DNA of 64,000 nucleotides, taken from positions 1 to 64,000 of IMG/VR virus record IMGVR_UViG_3300049005_000030; one strand, given 5' to 3'. The DNA comes from a virus. Numbering within the stretch: position 1 is the stretch's first letter; each line of letters starts with the position of its first letter. The translations under genes were made by a program, and so were the position numbers. Under the pieces are notes generated by a model, which was not told where the DNA came from, did not search any database, and saw nothing but the letters and a program-made list of their open reading frames with translations. Shown here piece by piece: positions 43,444 through 53,523 of the stretch.

Positions 43444-45291
43444 ATGACAACGTTGTCCGCCGCCCAGGTGGCCGCCCTGGTCAAGCAAGCCGGTTTCCCC
43501 ACGAACGACCAGGCCACCATGGTCGCCATCTGCCGCGCCGAGTCGGGCTACCGCGTCGACGCCATCGGCGGTCCGAACTCCAACGGCACCTACGACTACG
43601 GCCTGTTCCAGATCAACTCGGTGCACGGCTACGACACCCGCAAGCTGACCAGCGACGCCGCGTACAACACCCAGGCCGCCAAGAAGATCTACGACGGTCA
43701 GGGGCTGCGCGCCTGGGCGGTCTACAACTCGGGTAAGTATCAGCAGTACATGAACGAGGCGCGCCAAGGCGTCGCACAGGCGGCCAACGTCAACGGCAAC
43801 CCGAGCCTGCCCGGTTCGAGCGGCGGCGGCACCAACACCACCAGCCAGCCCTCGGTCACCTACGGTCCCAACGGACCCGAGATCACCAGCGCCGGCATCG
43901 GCTCCCCCTTGCAGGCGGCCGGTGAGACCAACTCGCCGCTGCACGGGCTGCGGATCTTCGGCACCGAGATCGGCGGCGACTTCGCCGACGTCATCATCGG
44001 CAACCCCACCTACCAGGCTGGCATCGAGACCGTGCCCAACCTGGTGTTCACCATCGCCGACCCCGGCGGCGACCTGCTGTGGCGCCTGCGCAACATCTGG
44101 GTGCAGGGCGCGCTGGTCCAGTACCTGGACATCGTGCTGCGTATCGACACCATCAAGTTCGAGCCCGGCACGCACACCACCGGCCAGCTGACCTTGTCCT
44201 GCGTCGACGACATCGTCTACCGGCTGATGCAGCTGACCGGCTCGCGCACGGCCGAGGGGATCTCCGCCACCCAGTGGATCTACCAGGAGCTTCAGCTGGC
44301 CGGGCTGAACCCCGATATCAGCTTCCTGGGCGAGTCCGTGCCCACCCAATCAGTGATCAGCCGCGACTCAAACGACCAGTCCGGACAGGCCGGTCAGGGC
44401 CAAAAACCTTCGTCCTGGACCACCATCACCCGACTGGGCAAGGAACTGGGCAAGCGCGTGTTCGTCACCGGCGGCCGACTCGTGTTCGGGTCCAGCCAGT
44501 TCGCCATGCGCTGGACCGCACCCGGGCCGCTGCGGCTGGCCTGGCAGGCACTGGAGCCGCCAGAGAAGTGGTTGACCCTGCCGACGGCCAGCGGCGCCTC
44601 GATCGGCGACCGCGCCAACGTGCTCCAGGTCGACGGCAAGGTGCCGCTCAACCGGGCCGCGTTCTTCCGCCCCGGCGTGCCGGTCGCCGTGTTCGACACC
44701 CCCGCCGTAGTCGGCGACGAGGGAAAGCTGCTCATGGTCGAAAAGGTCAGCTACGACCTCGGCACCGACACCGACGGCGCGGACATCACCCTGCTTGAAC
44801 CAGTCGACCCGCCGGCACAGCCGCCCACCCAGAACTCGGCCGGCACCAACGGCGGCAGCACCTCATCGGGCACGTCGACCTCTGGCGGCGGGGTCGACGG
44901 CCAGGTGGCGCGCATTGTGGCGCTGGCGTTGCAGCAGGCCGGCAAGCGCTACGTCTACGGCGCCCAGGCCCCAGCCTCGGATCCGAACCCCAGCGCGTTC
45001 GACTGCTCGATGCTCGTGCAGTGGTGTTGCGAGCGCAACGGCATCAATGACTGCCCGCGCACGAGCGAGGCGCAACAGGACTGGTGCTCGCGCAACGGCA
45101 CGCTGATCAGTCCGAACGACGCCATCCACGTCAAGGGCGCGCTGCTGTTCCAGCCTGGGCACGTCGCCATCAGCTTGGGCAACGGGTCCACGATCGAGGC
45201 GATGAACGAGTCGCAGGGCGTCCGGCAGGGCAACGCCGCCGGCCGGGGCTGGACGGCGGCCGGCCGCATCCCTCACGCACAGGGGTACTGA
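43444..45291 (+). CDS. baseplate hub with N-terminal lytic transglycosylase and C-terminal NlpC/P60
   Basis: AESG...DYGLFQIN...W; YVYGA...FDCSMLVQW...GHVAI. Confidence 0.9.
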   Translation: MTTLSAAQVAALVKQAGFPTNDQATMVAICRAESGYRVDAIGGPNSNGTYDYGLFQINSVHGYDTRKLTSDAAYNTQAAKKIYDGQGLRAWAVYNSGKYQQYMNEARQGVAQAANVNGNPSLPGSSGGGTNTTSQPSVTYGPNGPEITSAGIGSPLQAAGETNSPLHGLRIFGTEIGGDFADVIIGNPTYQAGIETVPNLVFTIADPGGDLLWRLRNIWVQGALVQYLDIVLRIDTIKFEPGTHTTGQLTLSCVDDIVYRLMQLTGSRTAEGISATQWIYQELQLAGLNPDISFLGESVPTQSVISRDSNDQSGQAGQGQKPSSWTTITRLGKELGKRVFVTGGRLVFGSSQFAMRWTAPGPLRLAWQALEPPEKWLTLPTASGASIGDRANVLQVDGKVPLNRAAFFRPGVPVAVFDTPAVVGDEGKLLMVEKVSYDLGTDTDGADITLLEPVDPPAQPPTQNSAGTNGGSTSSGTSTSGGGVDGQVARIVALALQQAGKRYVYGAQAPASDPNPSAFDCSMLVQWCCERNGINDCPRTSEAQQDWCSRNGTLISPNDAIHVKGALLFQPGHVAISLGNGSTIEAMNESQGVRQGNAAGRGWTAAGRIPHAQGY

Positions 45292-45292
45292 C

Positions 45293-46366
45293 ATGCCCAG
45301 CTACGGCTACGCCTACACCGGCCGCGTGCTCAACTACGACTCCGCCCGCCAGGGCTACTACCTGGAGTCGGTGGCGTTGGCGCCGGACTCGCGCTGGGGC
45401 CCGGTTCCCAGTTGCGTGCCGGGGCTGATCAAGGGCGATCGGGTGGTGATGGTGTCGACCGGCACCAGCCGCGACGATCTGATCATCGTGGCGAAGGTCG
45501 GCGCGGACTTCCCCGACATCGGCTCGATTCCGGGGTTGCAGGCCGCGCTGGACGCCAAACTGGACGACTTCCAGCTGGACCAGGCCAGTGGTGTCGCCGC
45601 ACTGGACGCCGGCCGCAAGGTGGCCTACGCGCGGCTGCCGATCGGCACTGTGGTCAGCACCGTCGCGGCCGGCGACGACGCCCGTATGACCAACGCGCGC
45701 ACCCCGACCGCGCACGCCTCCACCCACGCCACTGGCGGCACCGACCCGATCACCCCGGCGTCCATCGGCGCGGGCGACGCTGCCACCACCGCCACCAATA
45801 ACGCCAACATCGCCGCCATCGCCGGCCGCGAGGAGTTCGACGGCCAGAAGTACTTCCGCCTGTTCGGCGACGCGGTCACCAGCATGCCGCGCTTCCAGGG
45901 CACCACCGCCTCGGCCCTGATGTCCACTGGCAACGCCTACGCCTTCACGCTGGCCAGCTCGAAGCCCATCACCATGCTGAACGCTCACCTGTCGGTGCTG
46001 TCCGGCGGCGGCACCACGACAGCGGTGGCCTCGGTCTACCAGGGCGCGACCGCCGGCAGTCCCCTGTCGCTGGTGTCCACCGGACCTACGCAGACCCCGC
46101 TCAACGGCAACTGGCCGTTCCAGTGCGCGCCAACCGCCTCCCCGTTCGTGGTCAACGCCGGCTACGTCTTGGTGGTGATCCAAATCGTGTCGGGCTCGAT
46201 CATCGTCGGTGGCTCGGCCTCGCTGGACAGCACGATGCTGCTCGGCGCCGGCTCCATGCGGGTGGCTGCGGTCAAGGCGCTGACCGGCACGCCGCCGAGC
46301 ACCATCAACACCGCCGATGGCACCTGGTCGTACTTCAGCTCGATGCCCTGGGTGGCGCTGGACTGA
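45293..46366 (+). CDS. baseplate spike (gpV-like) with fibre-like extension
   Basis: N-terminal GRV...GPV...KGDRV OB-like domain; AAGDDARM..ARTPTAHASTH..GG.D repeat. Confidence 0.7.
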   Translation: MPSYGYAYTGRVLNYDSARQGYYLESVALAPDSRWGPVPSCVPGLIKGDRVVMVSTGTSRDDLIIVAKVGADFPDIGSIPGLQAALDAKLDDFQLDQASGVAALDAGRKVAYARLPIGTVVSTVAAGDDARMTNARTPTAHASTHATGGTDPITPASIGAGDAATTATNNANIAAIAGREEFDGQKYFRLFGDAVTSMPRFQGTTASALMSTGNAYAFTLASSKPITMLNAHLSVLSGGGTTTAVASVYQGATAGSPLSLVSTGPTQTPLNGNWPFQCAPTASPFVVNAGYVLVVIQIVSGSIIVGGSASLDSTMLLGAGSMRVAAVKALTGTPPSTINTADGTWSYFSSMPWVALD

Positions 46367-46418
46367 CCCTCTCGCGTGCCTGCCCGGATCGGCGCGGCCG
46401 ACATGGGACGATGCGCGC

Positions 46419-46742
46419 GTGCGAGTGATCTCTTTTCCCTTCCGACTCGACGGCACCGGCGCGGTGGCCACGGTCGAGCAGGACAGCGACGCCGAGGTGG
46501 AAGAGCAGATCGCACTGGCCGCCCTGACCCGCACCGGGGAGCGAATCCAGGTCCCCACCTTCGGTATCGCCGACCCCGCGTTCAGCGGATTTCAGGCCGG
46601 CGCGCTTCAGCGGCACCTGCTCGACTTCGGGCCGAACGTCGCCATCCAGTCGGTCACGGTCACCCCCACCGTCGACGGGCGAGAGGAAGTCGTCATCGAC
46701 TGGGCCCGCATCGACCAAACCAGGAAGGTGCCTCCGTCGTGA
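46419..46742 (+). CDS. gp25-like baseplate wedge
   Basis: ISFPFRL...LTRTGER...PTFGI. Confidence 0.85.
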   Translation: MRVISFPFRLDGTGAVATVEQDSDAEVEEQIALAALTRTGERIQVPTFGIADPAFSGFQAGALQRHLLDFGPNVAIQSVTVTPTVDGREEVVIDWARIDQTRKVPPS

Positions 46743-47878
46743 CCACACCCGACATCTCGGCGTACGTGGACCTGCGGATCTACGACATCACCGACCAGGA
46801 AATCGTCGACACGGCGATTGCGGCGGCCAAGCTGAACCTGCCGGGCTGGGTGCCGCGCGAGGGCAACAGCGAAGTTGTGATCATGGAGTCGCTGGCCCTG
46901 GAAATCGCCGAGGCCATCGTGGCCATCAACCGGCTGCCCGGGGCGGTCGTCCAGGCCCTGCTGCTGCTCGCCGGGGTCGACCGCGATTTCGGTATCGCCC
47001 CCATCGCCACCGTCACCTTCACCCTGGGCGACCTGCTGGGCCACTCCATCCCCGGCGGAACCAGGCTCTACCTCACTCTGGACGACGGCAGCACCGTCAC
47101 CTTCCTGGTCGAACCGCCCGGTGTCGACATCCCGCCCGGCTCCAACACCGGCACCTGCTCGGTCATCGGCGACGTGTTCACCGACCGGGCCAACGGCATC
47201 ACCGCCGGCACCCGGCTGACCCTCGCCGACCCGGTGCCGTTCATCGAATCCGTGGTGCTGGCCACCAACGTCGCCGACGGCGCGTCCCCGGAGACGGACA
47301 ACCAGTGGCGCGATCGGGGCGTCGCCCGGCTGTCGCGGCTGTCCGACGCCCTGGTGCTGCCCCGTCACTTCGAGGCCGCCGCGCTGGAAGACCCCGACGT
47401 GGCCCGTGCGGTCACCGTCGACCTGTACGACCCCGACAGCGGCCACAGCCCCGGCGGCGACCCCGGGCACATCACGGTGGCCGTGCTCGGCCCCGGCGGC
47501 GCCGCGCTGTCCACTGACGCGAAGGAAGCACTGCGCGTCAGCCTGGAAAGCCGCGCCGTGGCCATCCTTGTCGTGCACGTGGTCGACGCGACCATCGTCA
47601 ACGTCAACATCACCGGGCAGGTCGTGCCGCTGGCCGGCTTCACCTGGACCGTCGTGCAGGCCAACGTGATCGCGGCCGTGCGTGCCTACCTCGACCCGCT
47701 GGTCTGGACCTACGGAGCCACCGTCTACATCAACGAGATGATCTCGCTGGTGGACCGCGTTACCGGCGTGGACCGGGTCGTGTCCATCCAGATCAACGGC
47801 GTCAGCGCCGACTACACCCTTACCGGAGCCACGGCGCTGCCCAAGGCCAACACCGTCTCGTTCACCCAGGGGCCGTGA
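46739..47878 (+). CDS. baseplate J-like protein
   Basis: WVPREGN.EV, IPGGTR, DGASPETD, DFEAAA-like motif, PGHITV. Confidence 0.9.
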   Translation: MTTPDISAYVDLRIYDITDQEIVDTAIAAAKLNLPGWVPREGNSEVVIMESLALEIAEAIVAINRLPGAVVQALLLLAGVDRDFGIAPIATVTFTLGDLLGHSIPGGTRLYLTLDDGSTVTFLVEPPGVDIPPGSNTGTCSVIGDVFTDRANGITAGTRLTLADPVPFIESVVLATNVADGASPETDNQWRDRGVARLSRLSDALVLPRHFEAAALEDPDVARAVTVDLYDPDSGHSPGGDPGHITVAVLGPGGAALSTDAKEALRVSLESRAVAILVVHVVDATIVNVNITGQVVPLAGFTWTVVQANVIAAVRAYLDPLVWTYGATVYINEMISLVDRVTGVDRVVSIQINGVSADYTLTGATALPKANTVSFTQGP

Positions 47879-49101
47879 TGACCACATCACTCGGCCACGA
47901 GCCGATGCCCGGCGACGGCACCGTGCCCTATATGTCGACCCTGGTGGACCGGCTTTACCGGCGGCTACCCGAGGTCTACCGGACCATGGACGCGGCGAAC
48001 TCGGACTGGCCGCTCAAGCGCTACCTGGCCGGGTTGCTCACCACGGCCGGCGCCATCGGCGACACGTTCGACGCGATCCGGGGTGACTTCCCCGTCGGCC
48101 CAAGCACTCCGCAGCCCTGGGCGCTCTCGCCCGACGAACTGGCCGTGTGGACAGCCAACCGGATCAACCGCCCTTCGGCGCTGGGCGACCCGAACCAGGC
48201 CGATCCCGCATGGCTGCCGTGGCTGGCCCAGCTGGTCGGCGCGCCGCTGCCGCCCGGGGCCAGCGTGCAGGAACAGCGCGACACCATAGCCTTCGCGACA
48301 TCCGGATGGCGCGGTGGCACCCGTCAGGCCATCGCCGACGCGGCCCGCACCGCGCTGACTGGCTCGATGTATGCCCAGGTCGCACCGCACACGATCCCCA
48401 CCGACAGCGGTGGCACACAGGCCGGTGGCGTCTGGGACATCACGATCATCACCCGAGACAGCGAGACGCCCGATCCTGCCGCCGTGCTGAACGCGGTGCT
48501 GAGCAAGGGCGTAAAACCGGCCGGCGCCGTGCTGCATCACGCCACCTACGGCGCGAGTTGGGCACAGGTCGAGGCTGTGTTCCCGACCTGGTCGGACTGG
48601 AACGCGGCCACCTGGTCGCAGATCGAGCAGGCCGGCTTGGCCTACGTCGCCAATCCCGCCAACCTGCTCACGTCCAACCCGTCGTTCGAGACCGACACCA
48701 GCGGCTGGACCAGCCTGGCCAACTCCACCACCTCGCGCCTGCTCGGTGGCGTCGACGGCCTGGGCGTGGGCCGCGTCACCGCCACCGCGTCCGGCACCAT
48801 CGGCACCACCTCACCGGAAGCGCCCATCACCTCCGGCAACGCCCGGGTGTCGCTGTCGATCCGGCCCGCCGTCACCCGTGACGCGGAGATGGTGACCGAG
48901 TTCCGCGACGCCAGCCATGCGGCGCTGTCCAGCGTCACCGACTCGTTCCCCGCCACCCCGGGCGGCCAGTGGACGCGGCTGGCCGGGCTGCACGCCGTGC
49001 CCGCCAGCACTGCCTACGTGCGGATCACCATCCGGCTGCTGTCGATGGCCAGCGGTGAGCACTTCGACATCGACGCGGTGGACATCCGGAGGACCACGTG
49101 A
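47875..49101 (+). CDS. baseplate wedge (gpI-like) with C-terminal carbohydrate-binding-like domain
   Basis: LPEVYR, WLPWLAQLVG, RGGT, VKPAG; NLLTSNPSFETDTSGW. Confidence 0.8.
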   Translation: MMTTSLGHEPMPGDGTVPYMSTLVDRLYRRLPEVYRTMDAANSDWPLKRYLAGLLTTAGAIGDTFDAIRGDFPVGPSTPQPWALSPDELAVWTANRINRPSALGDPNQADPAWLPWLAQLVGAPLPPGASVQEQRDTIAFATSGWRGGTRQAIADAARTALTGSMYAQVAPHTIPTDSGGTQAGGVWDITIITRDSETPDPAAVLNAVLSKGVKPAGAVLHHATYGASWAQVEAVFPTWSDWNAATWSQIEQAGLAYVANPANLLTSNPSFETDTSGWTSLANSTTSRLLGGVDGLGVGRVTATASGTIGTTSPEAPITSGNARVSLSIRPAVTRDAEMVTEFRDASHAALSSVTDSFPATPGGQWTRLAGLHAVPASTAYVRITIRLLSMASGEHFDIDAVDIRRTT

Positions 49102-50852
49102 CCGAGACCCGCACACCACGCTTCGGCTACCCGCAGTGGAACGCCGACACCGACTCGCCCAGCCGCCTGGACTTCGACGAGTGGTCGAACGTCGCCGAGG
49201 CCAAGAACGCCTACGACGACGGCGCCACCTTCGCCACGCTGCCGACCACGGCCCTTGTGCAGGGCCGCTACGCCCTGGTCAACGCCACCGGCAACTACCG
49301 GACGCTGTACCGGCGCGACGACGCCGGCAGCTGGCGGTTCGTCGGCGGCGACACCATCCCGGACACGCTGCGACTGCGGGCGCTGGCCGGGCAGGCCACC
49401 ACGGCGCAGGCCCTGGCGCTGAGCCACCCCACCCTGACCAGTGCGTCGCTGACCCTGGCCTATGACGGCTCGATCATGGCCGGCGGCAGCTTCCGCAGCT
49501 TCGACGCGAACGACGCGGCCAAGGGCGGCATCGTTGTCGGCTCGAACGCGGCCGTCGACCCCGTCAACAACGGCCGGCTCTACGTCACCACCCGCCAGAC
49601 CGGCGACCGGGGCCTGGTCATCCAGCCCTACCTGCCGACCGGCGTCGACCCCGGATCCGGGGACCTGTTCACGGTGCGCGACACCAGCGGCACCGGACTG
49701 TTGGTCGTCAACGCCTCCGGGCAGTTGCGCGAGCAAGCACCCTCGGCCTTCGGCGGCGCGTCCATCCAGTCCACTGCCATGCTGGCCGTGTCGCCGTCCA
49801 GCTCGAACAGCGACACCGTCACCACCGGCCTGCTGCTCTACGGCCAGACCGGCACCGGCGGCGCCAATCCGGCCAGCGCGAAATACCTGCTTCAGCTCTC
49901 GCGCGACTCCGGCGACCTCACTCCGGCGAACGCTATTGGCCTGGTCGCCCGCAACGGCATCACCTGGGGACGGCTGCCCTGGGGCACCCCCAACACCGAC
50001 GGCACCATCACGCTGGCCGCCAACACCCACTACCTGCGGTCCAGCTCGAACGCCTCCGCGTTCGTACAGTGGCGCTTCAGCGACCCCGCTCACGAGAACG
50101 ACCCATCCAAGGACACCCCGTACTTCACCGCCTCGGCCACCGCGATGGCCTGGCGTATCCCGGCCCAGATCTCCAACGAGTACAGCAACGCCCGTCCCGC
50201 GCTGGACCTCTACCGGTTCGTTGACTACTCGAACCCGTTCCTGCGCGTCATCCGCGCGGTGCGGGTCGACCCGAACACCATCACCAGCACGCTGGTCGGC
50301 CAGTGGGAGGCCGACGGCCGGCAGCAGACCGGCGCGCCCTGGCGTGCCATGGGCACCATCCGCGACGGCCGGCAGCAGATCGCCCACGTCTGCCACAAGA
50401 CGTTCGCCGCGCCGGGTGAGCCCGCAGACCACGGGCAACTCGTCAACCCGCTGGGCACCTTCGCCTACACCTGGCCGGTGATGACGCTGCATTCGGCCAG
50501 CGCGGCGGACATCGAACTGGACCTGATCACCGAATTCATGCTTGGGGCAGGGGCCAGTGGCCAGGACGACGCCCAGGCGGTCGGCCAGCAGTTCGCCATC
50601 TCGATCAACTCCGGCACGTTCTCCAACGTCGACACGGTGCGCGAGGTCGCCAGCGCCGTGCCCCGGGCGACCAACCGGCGCGCGGGCGCGACCTACCCCG
50701 CGCGGGTCCGCCTGCTGAACGTCGCGGCCGGCGCGCAGATCCAGGTCCGCACCACATTGAGCGTGGGCGACGCGGCTCCAGTCATCTATATCCGCTCCCT
50801 GGATCTCCGGGTGTCGGAATTGGTGATCGAGTCGTATTCGCCGATCGCGTGA
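49098..50852 (+). CDS. tail fibre / receptor-binding protein
   Basis: 584 aa, beta-rich, after baseplate genes. Confidence 0.7.
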   Translation: MTETRTPRFGYPQWNADTDSPSRLDFDEWSNVAEAKNAYDDGATFATLPTTALVQGRYALVNATGNYRTLYRRDDAGSWRFVGGDTIPDTLRLRALAGQATTAQALALSHPTLTSASLTLAYDGSIMAGGSFRSFDANDAAKGGIVVGSNAAVDPVNNGRLYVTTRQTGDRGLVIQPYLPTGVDPGSGDLFTVRDTSGTGLLVVNASGQLREQAPSAFGGASIQSTAMLAVSPSSSNSDTVTTGLLLYGQTGTGGANPASAKYLLQLSRDSGDLTPANAIGLVARNGITWGRLPWGTPNTDGTITLAANTHYLRSSSNASAFVQWRFSDPAHENDPSKDTPYFTASATAMAWRIPAQISNEYSNARPALDLYRFVDYSNPFLRVIRAVRVDPNTITSTLVGQWEADGRQQTGAPWRAMGTIRDGRQQIAHVCHKTFAAPGEPADHGQLVNPLGTFAYTWPVMTLHSASAADIELDLITEFMLGAGASGQDDAQAVGQQFAISINSGTFSNVDTVREVASAVPRATNRRAGATYPARVRLLNVAAGAQIQVRTTLSVGDAAPVIYIRSLDLRVSELVIESYSPIA

Positions 50853-51145
50853 GTGAACGCAACAACCGGGAGGGTACCACCGTGTATGAATTTATCGACA
50901 AGAATTCGGCAAGCCAGTTGCGAGCCGAGAGGATCCACCACCTCGAAGCCCAGCACTTCCGCCTGGGGCTGGAATTGGAGGAAGTTCCCGGAAACGAAGG
51001 AATCAAGGGTCAGATGGCCGAGATTGAACGGCGGATCGACATGCACCGCCGCATCCTCGGAGCTGCCCCATTGAACACGTTGGAACAGGAGAACGGGCAA
51101 GAAGTCGTCACCGACTCCTCGGCCGAAGCGGCCGGGGGGGTGTAG
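50849..51145 (+). CDS. small coiled-coil protein (possible fibre chaperone)
   Basis: 98 aa, GTGA coupling. Confidence 0.6.
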   Translation: MSERNNREGTTVYEFIDKNSASQLRAERIHHLEAQHFRLGLELEEVPGNEGIKGQMAEIERRIDMHRRILGAAPLNTLEQENGQEVVTDSSAEAAGGV

Positions 51146-51159
51146 CCGAGGGGGAACGC

Positions 51160-51573
51160 TTGGACGGCAAGGGATCGCGATGGACCAACGTCCACACGAT
51201 GGTCAGCTGGCTGCGCCGATGGGGCCTGGCGGTGCTGAGTTACCTGCTGCTGTCCATGACCGGCGTGTTCGTGTTCACCGGCGATCCGTCGCCCACCCTG
51301 CTCAACCAGGGCGGCCCTGGCGTGGTCGTTGCATGGGGCCTGTTCTGCCTGGTCGGCGGCCTGCTCGCCGGGGCTGGATTCGTCATTCCCTACCCGCCGA
51401 TGGAGTTGGTCGGTCTCGGTTTGGGGGCGACGGCGAGTCTGACCTGGTGCGCAGCGCTGGTGTTGCAGGCTGTGCAGAACCAAACCACCACGTCGCTGAC
51501 GGCGGCGTGTATGGCGGCCGTGCTGGCCTTGGCCCAGGTGCAGCGCTGGATCGGGTTGCGGTCCCAGAGATAG
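51160..51573 (+). CDS. four-TM membrane protein (lysis region)
   Basis: hydrophobic; start uncertain. Confidence 0.7.
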   Translation: MDGKGSRWTNVHTMVSWLRRWGLAVLSYLLLSMTGVFVFTGDPSPTLLNQGGPGVVVAWGLFCLVGGLLAGAGFVIPYPPMELVGLGLGATASLTWCAALVLQAVQNQTTTSLTAACMAAVLALAQVQRWIGLRSQR

Positions 51574-51590
51574 GAAGGGGTGGGCGAGTG

Positions 51591-51953
51591 GTGATGACCG
51601 TGGCGGCAGCCAGTGACGTGTTTAGTTCGTCGGGAATCCTGAGCATTCTTCTCGGTGGCGGCCTGCTCACTGCGGTCATCGGTGCCTACCGATTCGTTGT
51701 GAACCTGCGCACGACGGAACGCGGGCTGGCCCGGAACCGGCTTCGCGACGCCAACAGCGAGGCGCGGCGCGCGGAATACGAGTCGTCGCTATGGCAGAGC
51801 CGATGCGGTGACCTTGAGTACCTGCTCCGACAGAACGGTGTCACCGTTCCGCACTACTCCAAGGAATTGCAGCGGCTGGTTGACTCGCCCGACAGCACCG
51901 AACTTGATCTGAGCAAGTTCGATGGGGGACCGAAGGGAGGCGCGAAGAAATGA
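51591..51953 (+). CDS. single-TM coiled-coil protein (lysis region)
   Basis: ILSILLGGGLLTAVIG followed by coiled coil. Confidence 0.7.
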   Translation: MMTVAAASDVFSSSGILSILLGGGLLTAVIGAYRFVVNLRTTERGLARNRLRDANSEARRAEYESSLWQSRCGDLEYLLRQNGVTVPHYSKELQRLVDSPDSTELDLSKFDGGPKGGAKK

Positions 51954-52801
51954 GCACCGACAGCGACGCTGAGGCACGGCACGCCGAGCCGATCGACGTG
52001 GGCCGCTCGCGACGCGCCACGCGTGTCGCCCTCGCACTGCTGACCGGCGGTCTGGCCCTCGCGCTGGTGATGGCCATCCTGCTGATCGTCGGCAATCACC
52101 AGCAGAACCAGAAGATCGATTCCCAGGCGCAGGAGATCCGAACCAACGCCACCACCCTCGGCCAGCTCGGCGCGGTCGTCAGCCAGCAAAATGACCTGTT
52201 TCGCCAGGTCTGCGAGGTGGCCGGCGGTCAGGTCGACAAGAATCCCGCCGCCCAGCAGGTGTGCCAGCGCGTACAGCGCGGCGAGCCCGCCGTGCCCACC
52301 CCAGCCGCCGTGCCCAAGGATGGCGTCGGCATCGACTACACCCGCCAGCTGGACCGCTGTTACATCGAAGTCGGGCTGACCAACCACCAGGTCAACAGGT
52401 TCGGGCCGTTCTGCGGCGCCGACGGCGCGCCCGGCCCGACCGGGGCGACAGGCCCCGCCGGCCCCACGGGCCCGACCGGGGACAGCGGGCAGGACGGCCC
52501 GACCGGGGCGGCGGGACCCACCGGCGCGCAAGGGCAGCCCGGCGTCGGTATCGCCACCGTCGTCACCAGCTCTGACCACTGTTTCGTCGACGTCACCCTG
52601 ACCGACAACACAGTGCACGTGGTCGGTCCGTTCTGCGGGCCCCCGGTCGGGGAGTACACGATGACCCTGGCTGACGGCACCCAGCAGCACTGCACACGCT
52701 CCGGCGGGGCCGACACCGCCCCCAACTACACCTGCACGCTGGTCGTCCCGACCACCAGCACGGTGAACCCCGCTCGGCGCGGCACTACCACCCATCGCTG
52801 A
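51950..52801 (+). CDS. membrane-anchored collagen-like protein
   Basis: TM, coiled coil, Gly-X-Y run, duplicated C..V.LT...GPFCG. Confidence 0.8.
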   Translation: MSTDSDAEARHAEPIDVGRSRRATRVALALLTGGLALALVMAILLIVGNHQQNQKIDSQAQEIRTNATTLGQLGAVVSQQNDLFRQVCEVAGGQVDKNPAAQQVCQRVQRGEPAVPTPAAVPKDGVGIDYTRQLDRCYIEVGLTNHQVNRFGPFCGADGAPGPTGATGPAGPTGPTGDSGQDGPTGAAGPTGAQGQPGVGIATVVTSSDHCFVDVTLTDNTVHVVGPFCGPPVGEYTMTLADGTQQHCTRSGGADTAPNYTCTLVVPTTSTVNPARRGTTTHR

Positions 52802-52869
52802 CCGGGCGTCACGATGAGGTCGAGAGGAACCCGCGCCGGAGGCTCCGGGCGGCCAGTGAGGAGAACACG

Positions 52870-53235
52870 ATGACCAACGGGTGGCTGTTGAAGACGGTGG
52901 CCGCGCTGATCGCGACCGCCCTGGTGGCGTTACAGACGGGCCTGGCCGATGGCGGTCTGTCCGTGCAGGACTGGATCATCACCGGGTCCACGGTGCTCGG
53001 CGCCCTGGGTGTGGCCATCGTGCCGAACACCCCGGAGCTGGGTGTGGCCAAGCTGGTGGTCGCAGCGATGACGGCCGGGTTCGTCGCGGCCCAGACGGCC
53101 ATCTCCGACGGGACGATCAGCGGGTCGGAATGGATCACCGTCCTGATCGCCGCGCTGGGCGCGCTGGGCGTGTGGGCGGCGCCGGGCGCGGCTTCGCTGT
53201 TCGCGAACCGTCGCAGCGGTACCGTACGGCCATGA
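52870..53235 (+). CDS. holin-like protein with internal duplication
   Basis: two K..A..L...Q....DG..S..W...ALG.....P units; GAGGAG RBS. Confidence 0.7.
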   Translation: MTNGWLLKTVAALIATALVALQTGLADGGLSVQDWIITGSTVLGALGVAIVPNTPELGVAKLVVAAMTAGFVAAQTAISDGTISGSEWITVLIAALGALGVWAAPGAASLFANRRSGTVRP

Positions 53236-53501
53236 GCGACGACACCCAGCAGGACCCGCATAGCGTCCGCCCCGAGGGGTTCGAGATCAAGTCGACCCCG
53301 GGCATCGTACCGGCCATGGTGCCGGCCATGGAGGGCGTGCACCACGGCGTGATGCACCCGGGCGCGAGCAACGCCCCGGGCAGCGACGACCAGCCGCGTT
53401 CGGTCGCGCGCACCGAGGACAATGCGCGCACCGAGGACGACGAGAAAAAGTCGGCCGGCACGGCGCGCAAGGCTCCGGCCAAGGCCGCCGACGCGAAGTG
53501 A
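53232..53501 (+). CDS. hypothetical protein
   Basis: ATGA coupling. Confidence 0.55.
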   Translation: MSDDTQQDPHSVRPEGFEIKSTPGIVPAMVPAMEGVHHGVMHPGASNAPGSDDQPRSVARTEDNARTEDDEKKSAGTARKAPAKAADAK

Positions 53502-53523
53502 TCCGCGAGGGCTGAACTTCCAA

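Noticed and set aside
36347-50852. Stand-alone eCIS or tailocin
   Set aside because: Linked to portal, protease, capsid and neck genes, so a phage tail.
49098-50852. Diversity-generating retroelement or invertible fibre cassette
   Set aside because: No reverse transcriptase, invertase or template/variable repeat pair seen.
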